A DNA stretch of 33,966 nucleotides from Thelocarpon superellum (Eukaryota), in assembly GCA_026025795.1 (NCBI GenBank), contig JAPEUG010000174.1, forward strand, positions 1 through 33,966. The letters are read 5' to 3'. Under the pieces are notes generated by a model. It was not told the origin of the DNA. It did not search any database and saw only the letters and a program-made list of their open reading frames with translations. Each line of letters begins with the position of its first letter. The first letter of the stretch is position 1. Position numbers and translations under genes: made by a program. Shown here in pieces: positions 1 through 9,004 of this stretch.

Positions 1-2448
1 GGAGGAGCCCGGCCGCTGTAGAGGCGGCCTCGCGAAGGTGCGCACGAACGTCTAGGCACGGCGGGAAAGATAAGACCCGTGCGTCGGCCGCCCAACGACT
101 AGGTGCTGGAAAACGGTTGAACTTATTATTGCAGAGGGGACAAGGTATGGCCTCCGCTCGTGGAGCGAGCTTCACATCGTGACGGGAGCGGCGGGTCGAT
201 TTCGATTCGAAGGGCCCGAAAAACGTGGGAACTGTGGGCCGTGAGCCGGGAAGCCGAGTGGCCATCGATCGGGCGACCAGAATGATCCGTCTGCCGCTTA
301 GGGTATAGGTACGAATGCATCTCATAGACCTCACTTAACCGATGCTGGCCCAGCCGGACGCATCAGTAGTCGCAAGATTAAAACGCACGAGGACGGATCA
401 GATCGCTCGCAGTCTTCCCTGCGAGGTATGGTGGTTATGAACGAATTATGCGGCGCGGCTGGTCGACTAATACCACCCGTAAGTCCCCGAGTCCCAGCGA
501 GGAGGGTAGATCTGATCCCCCTCTGATACTTGGCCATTTGCTGGAGCAAAGCCGCTAGTGCATTCCGGCCGCCCTGGGAAAGTTAAAAGCGTCCTGAGCC
601 CGCCAAGCCTTGCCTCTTCTATTCAAGCCTGGGACGGTTTGATTAGTCCTATCGACCTTTGCTGGCACGGTGTCGAGTCGTCGTGCGCATGGCAAGTACC
701 GTACGAGTACGAGTACTGGTAGAGCCGTAACTATCGCTATGGGGCGCCATCTTCCCGAGCGCTCCGAGACGCATGCATCGAAGTCGCCTCGGCCCAGCTA
801 ATATGAGCACAGGCCGCTCTGATTAGTGTCGGACGGTTCCACGAATGCGACGCAACATCAGGCAAGACTACGAGCACTGTACATTGTAAAGGCGAGCATG
901 TATGCGAGAATTCGGACGCACTTCCTGCAGAGCCGACCGGAGGCCGGAGGGGAGAAGGAGCGGGTGTCCTGGCAGCGGGCATTGCGGGAAGTCTCTCGCC
1001 TCTGGACGAGGTAACATTGCAAGCAGATGAGCCTGCACCCTCCGTCGAGTCTCGGTTGAGTACTCATACCTCACCCGTACCTTCGTCGGACGCTATGAGT
1101 AGGCCTCGCCAACCCACGCCTGCTATAGGTACTCGTTCTCATACCCACCGTCACTCGTTAATTAGATCCGTCCGCACGATTAGCCTCGTGGCCGGCAGCG
1201 GTTGGCACGAAGCTTGATAAGGTCGTTCGGCTGAGGGCCCGAGCCATGGACGAGAGACTATCATTGGCGGATGGCGAGACATGAGCTGCCATGCTAGCCA
1301 CGGGCCGGAGTTTTTGAGCTTTGGCCCTTCCCGCCCGGCGCTCGGCTTGGCCTGTAGCCCTCCATTCCGCCGTCGTACGCTTACCTTGGCTAGTCCGCAG
1401 CCCCGGACCCACCAACCACCACTCCTCGTCTCCCATGCTCGCATTAGCTCCGCAACCAAACGATGGGACTTCTCGCGTGCACCATCCCCGCTCCTGGATG
1501 GAATCATCCGCCCCTCGTCAAATGCCATCTATACGGAGCAGTACTCATGCAAGAGAAAGAAAAAACGTGTCGTCTCGAAATCTAACGCCCCATCTACCCG
1601 GAGGATGTCGTACTCGTGCTCATACTCGTCCCTCGTGGCTTTCCCCAAGCGTAAAAGTACAATGTTGCGTCTGTTGCTGCTCTACGCTCACGAAGAGGCT
1701 GTCAGTCCGGAACAAGTGTGGCCCCGAGAGCGGGCCCTGGCGGATGAGGGAAGGTTGACGGGCGATGGGGCTTGACGACCAGCAATTGCCGACTAGCCCC
1801 CGATCATGCCTGGTCAATAACCTGTCCGTCTCAGTTCGACGGTAGCGGTGCTCGTGGAAGGATTGGTGTGAGCATGCGGACGCGGACGAGGACGAGGACG
1901 AGGACTCCGGCTAAACGTTGCCTCCGCCGCCCCCATGAAAATTAAAGCCCGAGTAGACGGAGCCCAATCCGGTGCCTGCAGGCGAGCCGAACCCTCCACG
2001 ATCGGGCATTATTCGCCCCTGGCCACGCACTCGCCCGCATCGCTTGCCCGTCGCTGCAGGCCTTGGCGCTATGGACCGAGCCAAGTAACCCCTGGCCCGC
2101 TCTGTCGAAGTCGTTGGCCAGGGCCCTTGGCGATAGCGGACCCGCCAGCAGCATCCGCGTGCCATGTGTCGTGGGCCGGTCGCGCTCCCGCAAACTTACT
2201 GACAGGAGCACGGGCGCGGTCCAGAGCCTGCGCACGCCGGCCCAGTCCAAGACCCACTCACAACCCGCTCGCACGCCTGCTCACCCGCATGGCGCCTGGC
2301 ATAAGAGTCCTGGAGCGACCTGCCAGTCATCGTTGGAGTTTTGACTGCTGTCATTCGCCTTCGCCATTGCCGTGAACGTCGGCGACGTCCAGGGCGCTGT
2401 CCACCTTTTCCTCACAATCCCCCGGACTCCGTTGCCACCACATTCGCC

Positions 2449-4294
2449 ATGGCTGCGACCAAGACGTTCGTGCTCGATATCATCGATGGCTTTCGTCGTG
2501 ATCCCAACGCCCGTGCCCTGCCCCCGGGCATGTTACCGAACAACAACAAGCCTTGGGATATCGAGGACGCCTATGAGGCCACGGCCCGATCACCATTGGC
2601 GAGGCAGCTCAAAGCCCGTCATTTGCAGATGATCGCCATCGGCGGTGTCATTGGTACGTCGCACAATTGGCTCGGTCGCCCCGGATGCTGGTCTGACCTC
2701 TAACCTGTCGTGCGCAGGTGCTGGTCTCTTCATCAATACCGGTCGCGCTCTGGCTCTGGCGGGTCCTGGGTCGCTGGTGCTGGCCTTCGCCATCGTCGGC
2801 TCGGCCGTCTTTTGCACCGTCCATGCCCTGGGTGAGCTTGCGGTGTTGTTCCCCGTTGCCGGCTCCTTCTCCGCCTACTCGACACGATTCCTCGATCCGG
2901 CCTGGGGCTTTGCGATGGGCTGGAATTACGTCTTCCAGTGGTTGGCCGTGATTCCATTCGAGATCGTCGGCGCGTCCATCGCCGCCGATTACTGGGACCA
3001 CGGCGGCATCTCCAACGCCGTCTGGATCACCATCTATCTCGTTCTGCTCTGCATCGTCAATTGTCTCGACGTGCGTGCCTATGGTGAGGCCGAGTTCGTC
3101 TTCACCATGATCAAGGTGACGGCCATCGTCGGCTTCATCATCTTCGCGCTGGTGATCGATCTGGGCGGTGGTCCGAACGGTCACTATATTGGAGGCGAGT
3201 TCTGGCGCAACCCTGGCGCCTTCCTGAATGGATTCAAGGGGTTTGCCAGTGTTCTCTCCGTCGCAGCATTTGCATACGAGGGTGCCGAACTGGTCGGGCT
3301 CTGCGCGGCCGAGACCAAGTACCCGCGCCAGTCCATCCCGCCGGCCATCCGCAAGACCTTCTGGCGGATCACCTTCTGCTATGTCATCTCGATGCTCATG
3401 GTCGGACTGGTGGTCAGCAGCTCGGACCCGCAACTGGTGGCGCCGGCGTCGGCCATCGGCGACCCCACCGTTTCGCCCTTCATCATCGCCATTCGCAACG
3501 CCGGCGTCAAGGGACTTGATTCGGTGTTCAACGCCGTCATCCTCCTCGCCACATTCGAGGTGGCCAACTCGTCGCTGTACGCTACCACGCGCACCATGGC
3601 TGCGTTGGCCGAGCAGCGTCAGGCGCCAGCCTACTTGGCCTACATCGATCGACACGGTCGGCCCATAGCCGCGACCGGCACCTGTCTCCTAATCTCTCTG
3701 ATCGCCTATCTCGGTGCGACCTCGTCGAATTCGCAGACCAACGCGCTCGTCTGGATCACGTCCATTTCCAGTCTCGCCGGTATCTTCACTTGGGCCTCCA
3801 TCTGCCTCGTTCACATCCGCTTCCGCCAAGGCTGGGAATACCAGGGTCACTCCCTCGATGAGCTCGCCTTCCGTTCCGTCGTGGGGGTGATCGGGTCCTA
3901 CTACGCTTTCGTCGTCTACGTCCTCTTCCTCATCCTTGAACTATGGGTCGCCATTGTGCCCATCGGTTGGGAGGAACTCGGCCCCTCCGACCGGGCCACC
4001 AACTTCTTCCAGGCCTACCTGACGGTGCCTGTCATCATCGTCTTCTACGTTGGCTACAAGCTCTTCTTCCGCACGGACATGGTCCGCAACGACACGATGA
4101 ATCTTTCCATCGGCACGTTGAAGCTCACGCTGGAGCAGATCCGTGAGGAGGAGCGGGCGAAGCGCATGGAGCGTTCATCGTGGCGAAAGATCTACGAAGC
4201 CATCCAGTCGCGTCGACGCGGGCTGTTCTTGCGCAGCCAGGATGACACGGAGATGGACTGGGGTTTCCGGACGGCCAGCGCAGCCGATTTATAA
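2449..4294 (+). CDS. Amino acid permease, APC/YAT family, Gap1-like (exons 2449-2653, 2718-4294; 593 aa)
   Basis: ATG at 2449 in GCCATGG context. Intron 2654-2717 is GTACGT...CTAAC...CAG. The spliced protein reads LARQLKARHLQMIAIGGVIGAGLF, GELAVLFPVAGSF..YSTRFLDPAWGFAMGWNY, YGEAEF and GAELVGL, with about 12 hydrophobic segments. Confidence 0.93.
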
Positions 4295-4455
4295 ACAAGG
4301 CGTGCGCCGCCGATATTACTGTGTTTCGTCACCAGTCCTGTTGAGGAAGATTTGGGTTGGGTTTGTCTTTTCGTACGCCTGTCTTTTGGCCCAGCGGTCG
4401 AAGACGGCAATTGGCGCTTGGGGATCGGCGCGGATCGGCGAATCAGCCGAGTACT

Positions 4456-4509
4456 TCTCTCCCTCTCTCCCTCTCTCCCTCTGCGCTTCGTCCCTCTTCC
4501 TCTCTCTCT
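4456..4509. repeat. CT-rich pyrimidine tract / degenerate (CT)n microsatellite
   Basis: ttctctccctctctccctctctccctctgcgcttcgtccctcttcctctctctct downstream of the permease stop. Confidence 0.7.
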
Positions 4510-4972
4510 GATGAAAGTGAGCCTGCTGTAATCGCATTCGTTGTAGATATTCGCGTATACTCATCCGCGCAACGGCAACGCCAGCAAATTTCCTTGTATA
4601 CCAAAATATATATCCGCAATCCTGACCTCCGCCATCGTATCCGTCTTGCACACCCGTACCACACTCATTTCGGACGTAAGCCCGTGAAGAAGTCCACGCG
4701 AGCCAAGTACCGATTTGAAGCTGGTGTGCTACGGATGGATAGATAAGGCGGGACGCAAAGCATTGAAAGGCGTAGTAGTGGAAGGAGGCGAACGGAGCTG
4801 GGCGGCGTGGTGTTAGTGAAGTCTTATCGTTTTTTCATTTTTCTGCGGCTTTGCAAGGCTTGGACTCAGAGGTGCACAGAAGGTGTCAATGTCTCTGAAC
4901 CCCTTGGCCCGTGCCTTATTCGGACGATGCTGCTCTGCATGGGTGTGCTGGGGACTTGAGAGGCGCGATGCT

Positions 4973-5028
4973 CTGGGGTGCTGGGGTGCTGGGGTGCTGA
5001 GGTGCTGAGGTGCTGAAGTGCTGGGGTG
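4973..5028. repeat. 8-nt tandem repeat CTGRRGTG x7
   Basis: ctggggtg x3, ctgaggtg x2, ctgaagtg, ctggggtg read directly. Confidence 0.9.
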
Positions 5029-5059
5029 CTCCACCGCGCTATGTGCACAACGCCCTCGA

Positions 5060-6556
5060 CTAAGTGCGCGTGAGGACCGCCTGACATGTTTCCCAGACGG
5101 CGCACGCATCAGGTCGTTGACGGGATGACGCCCATGGATACTGAGTGCCTTGGCCCCACGTTGGGTCCAGCATCGGCTCGACCCTTTGGCCTCCGCTGCT
5201 TGAGCCCGCGTCGGGCGGGACGGTGGCGGCCTCTTCGGGTCCGTTGCCCGCAGTTTGGGTGCGGCCCGAGCTCACCGTGGCTGATCCGTCTCTTCTCGTC
5301 CCTTGATCGACGGAGCCTTGACTGCCAGAGCCCTGACCATCCGAGTCTTCCTCGCTCGGGTCCTCTCCGTTGGTGTCAGGGCGTAGACGCTGGCCCGTGG
5401 ATGTGTTGTAGTAATTCACTCCAAAACAGCCGACCCCCCTTGCTCTCGATAGCAGGTCAACAAATCCCATTGGTTGCTCACCGGGCCGGAGCTCGTGCAT
5501 GACGGACGTCAAAGTCCCGGCAAAAGCCAAGCCTTGGACCGGAGTCATCTGCGCGTATCCATCGCCGCCCGGCCCGTTCCAGAACTCGACGTAGAACTCG
5601 ACCGCGATTCCTCTGACGACGACCCATTGCGAATACATGGTTTGGGCAAGAATCGGTGCCGAGCGAGAGGCAACATCGGTGTTCATGGCTACTTGAAGTG
5701 AAAGCCTCAAAGAACTCATCGCTACCATCAAGGCTTCATGTAGCTCGTTTTCCGGCAGGCTGGTCACTGCCGCCTGCACCGGCTGTGGTTGATTGATCAA
5801 TAGCAGGCGAGCAAATGGGAAAACATTGTACCGGCTGTCTTCGGATGCTGATGCCTTCGCTTTTCCCTTCCCTTTGCCCGATGATGTGAGACGGCGGCTT
5901 GGTGAAAGGAGAGGAGTCGATTGTGTTGGTATTGAGTCGTTGAGTGCATTGACAAGCACCTCATCCATTTGGACGACATGCAGCGGAGCCATGATACCGA
6001 GACATGCGTAAACGACTCCGTCCTGGTCCTTGATTAAGGCCGAATACAGCGTCTGATATCTGGGGTTTTGCTCGGTGTCTTTCAGAAGGACTTGGAGCAC
6101 CGTGGTATAATCGGCCGAGGTCAAGAGCAATGGCGTCGGATTGGAAGGCGAAGGCCAGACCGCGATCTCCAGCTCGTTGAATGTAGTACTGAAGGAAGCA
6201 TCCGGCGCCTGGGTCGATGGCCCACTAGAGGCCGCATCGATCGCTGCCCGAAGGGCTGGCTGGAGCTTTTCGGCCCCAACATGTAATGCTGGCACAGTGT
6301 AATTGCCATCCACCAGGTCACCGTGGCTGAACGTTAGACTGAATCGTTTTCCTAGGATCTCCAGCGACCCTGAGGCGCCAAGTGGAAAGGTCTTGGGCAG
6401 AAGAGCCGTCAGGCCATGAGCGGCGCGTTTAGTCACCGTGTCGATGGCTCGAGGTAGAGAGGTAGAGTCATGGTGCATGCCGGTGGCGGTGGTGACAGCA
6501 CCGGCATGGGCACAGAGAGCAGAAGACGAGGCAATGAGAAGGACTGACCAGTGCAT
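5060..6556 (-). CDS. Intronless hypothetical secreted protein (498 aa), no recognised family
   Basis: Long single ORF with AAA-ATG start context and a signal-peptide-like N-terminus (MHWSVLLIASSSALCAHAG). Dibasic KR sites occur early, followed by two globular-looking regions and a G/S/D/E-rich low-complexity tail. Confidence 0.75.
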   Translation of the reverse strand: MHWSVLLIASSSALCAHAGAVTTATGMHHDSTSLPRAIDTVTKRAAHGLTALLPKTFPLGASGSLEILGKRFSLTFSHGDLVDGNYTVPALHVGAEKLQPALRAAIDAASSGPSTQAPDASFSTTFNELEIAVWPSPSNPTPLLLTSADYTTVLQVLLKDTEQNPRYQTLYSALIKDQDGVVYACLGIMAPLHVVQMDEVLVNALNDSIPTQSTPLLSPSRRLTSSGKGKGKAKASASEDSRYNVFPFARLLLINQPQPVQAAVTSLPENELHEALMVAMSSLRLSLQVAMNTDVASRSAPILAQTMYSQWVVVRGIAVEFYVEFWNGPGGDGYAQMTPVQGLAFAGTLTSVMHELRPGEQPMGFVDLLSRARGVGCFGVNYYNTSTGQRLRPDTNGEDPSEEDSDGQGSGSQGSVDQGTRRDGSATVSSGRTQTAGNGPEEAATVPPDAGSSSGGQRVEPMLDPTWGQGTQYPWASSRQRPDACAVWETCQAVLTRT

Positions 6557-7921
6557 TTTGGGCTGACAAAGAGTGGGTGGGATGTGATGCCACGGGTCTT
6601 GACCTTCATATTTCTCTCTGCAAGAAATGCCGCTCGTGCCTTGGCCGCACTACTTGTATATGTTGGCGCATCGCTGTGACCGGCAAACGGAAATCGAGCA
6701 AGCATTGAACATAGAGCCAGCAAGACGCCCACGACGGTTCGGATAAAGATCTTGTGTGCACGATTTCCTGACATGAGGAGGGACTTTATGTTATGAGGGA
6801 TATGGTTATTGGCTCGGATGAGAGAGATCACTTACGGTAACGATAGGGAGAGAGAGGTTACGAGAACTCCACCCGACTTTATGGCACAGACGAATGTTTA
6901 TACTTGCACACGTACCAATGCACAGATTTTTGTGCAGGACGAAGTGTGGTAATCGCTGACGGAATAAGCTTGTTTGTGGAAGAGCGCGCCACCGGTCGAC
7001 GATGGGATCGATGGTGGGATCGATGATGCGGGCGATGACCCGGATTGGTCCGCCAGTCGATGGAGAATGTTGGAGCTGACATGCTCGTAGGGATAAACAG
7101 TTGCGCATGATACGGTTGGCCTTGAACCACGACCTACATTGTCGGGATGCACGCCACGTGCCTTCGGACCAATCCAAAAGGTTAGTGGCCCCAAACCAAT
7201 GCCGCAGCTGCTCACATCGCTCCCTAGAACACCCCAGCACAGCCCCAGTGTTCCCTGGGTCACGCGACGGGCCAACTAGGTTGTGTGAGCAAGGGGCGGC
7301 TTCGCGTACGCCGTAGATTGGGATGAGTAACGAATGTGTTGCAACGTTCGCACGTTTGGGTAGGAAGGCCAGCAGCGATAGGCCCACTGATTGACTGTAG
7401 AGGTCGGAGTCAAGGCCCGTGCCGCCTCGCTACTACGCTAGGTCACGTGCCGGGGTTGCGCAGCTATCGTCCCTATCAAAGTGGTCCATAGACGTTTAAC
7501 TATACTACTGCAATCCATAGGGGCCAACTGACAGTCACGTAACTTACAGCGTGACATGTTCAACCATCCCGCGATTAGCACGCGAACCGAAACCGCACGC
7601 TGATCGTTAACCCCACGTCCACTCCTCAACCTCTATTTGCCTTCTCTCTTCCCACCGATATCTGGAACCCGTGGTCTCGTGATCAGCTTCACGGCTGGCT
7701 CGTTTTCCTCGGAACCCGCACGTCAAGCCACCGTGAGACATCACCAGCGGCTGCCACAGCCTTCGCCTCGGTCTTCTTCGCCTTCACTCTCCACCTCGTC
7801 CCCTACCTGACCGACAAGCGGGCTACCCCACCCACCACACGCCGGCCTCACGCAGTGGACGTGCCCAACCCAGACTTGAGACCACCTGTGTTGGGAGATC
7901 CTACGCTCGTCGCTCGGCACG

Positions 7922-9004
7922 ATGAGTAGTCCACGGAGGAGGATCGAGACAGATGTGAGTCGCTTCACCCGGCTGAGGTCGACCGATGAGATAGAGAGCT
8001 GATCGTGCCGGTTCGTCCGGGACTGTAGGTGATGAAGTAGGTGTCCATGTCACGAACATCTGCGACCACTCTAATCGGCTGGTAGGATGTAGGGCCACCC
8101 TGCTGAGACGTCCTCACGACTGGAGCCGGGCAACGCGCGGTGACGACGTGACGCGATGTGCCGGCTGACGTGTGAGATAGGTTGATGAGCGACTACGAGG
8201 TGACACTGGTGAACGACAACAGTAAGTCCTGTGGCTCTGCACCCTGATGGAGCAGTCGCGACCAGCTGGCATCGCTTTGACTGACTTGACTACAGTGTAT
8301 GTGGTCCCCTTTCTCGCTGGCTCGCTCGACGGCCACCAGACTCCTCACACACCTCGATCCGATCCAGGCAAGAATTCTACGTTCGATTCAAGGGCCCGGA
8401 AGAGAGTAAGTGAGCCTGCAGCGAGCATCATTTCGGGACCTAGGGATTGATCAAACGCAGCGCCCTTTGCGGGTGGCCTCTGGAAGGTGCATGTGGAATT
8501 ACCGGATCAGTATCCCTACAAGAGCCCGAGCATCGGCTTCGTGAATCGAATCTTCCACCCCAACATCGACGAGCTGTTCGTGTCTCCATGACGGGCAAGC
8601 GGGGAGCGCCTCGAGCTGACGAGACGGGCTAGGTCTGGATCCGTGTGCCTCGATGTCATCAACCAAACGTGGTCGCCCATGTTTGACATGATCAACATCT
8701 TCGAGGTCTTTCTGCCCCAGCTCCTGCGGTACCCCAATCCTACCGACCCACTTAACGGCGAAGCGGCGGCGTTGTTGATGCGGGAACCCAAGGGCTACGA
8801 GGTCAAAGTGAAAGGTGAGGATGCCTGGGCCGCCGTCTCGAGCCGTACCTGACTCGACTTGTGAGCCAAGAGTACGTGTCCAAGTACGCCACCAAGGATG
8901 CCGCGGACGAGGCCGGCGCCGACAGCGAAGAGGAAGACGAGATGAGCTCGGTGGGATCCTTCGAATCGGGCGATGAGGAGCCAGCGGGGACGATGGAAGT
9001 GTAA
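7922..9004 (+). CDS. UBC8: Ubiquitin-conjugating enzyme E2, Ubc8/UBE2H. 9 exons: 7922-7954, 8029-8036, 8086-8088, 8181-8221, 8296, 8368-8405, 8461-8575, 8633-8814, 8871-9004; 184 aa
   Basis: Spliced product is [125 protein letters not shown]...[10 protein letters not shown] plus an acidic tail. It has the HPN motif and catalytic Cys in GSVCLD. Exon lengths sum to 555 nt. Confidence 0.95.

Noticed and set aside
2648..3655. 335-aa antisense ORF over the permease
   Set aside because: Shadow ORF produced by the codon bias of the sense gene.
4508..4530. CTGATGA (hammerhead core / box C-like) here and near 20350
   Set aside because: No stem II plus GAAA arrangement and no convincing box D or terminal stem was found.
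8222..8367. Stwintron (nested intron) interpretation of the UBC8 double intron
   Set aside because: Both introns have intact donor, branch and acceptor without prior excision, and the intervening T is required in the mRNA, so a 1-nt exon is the simpler reading.
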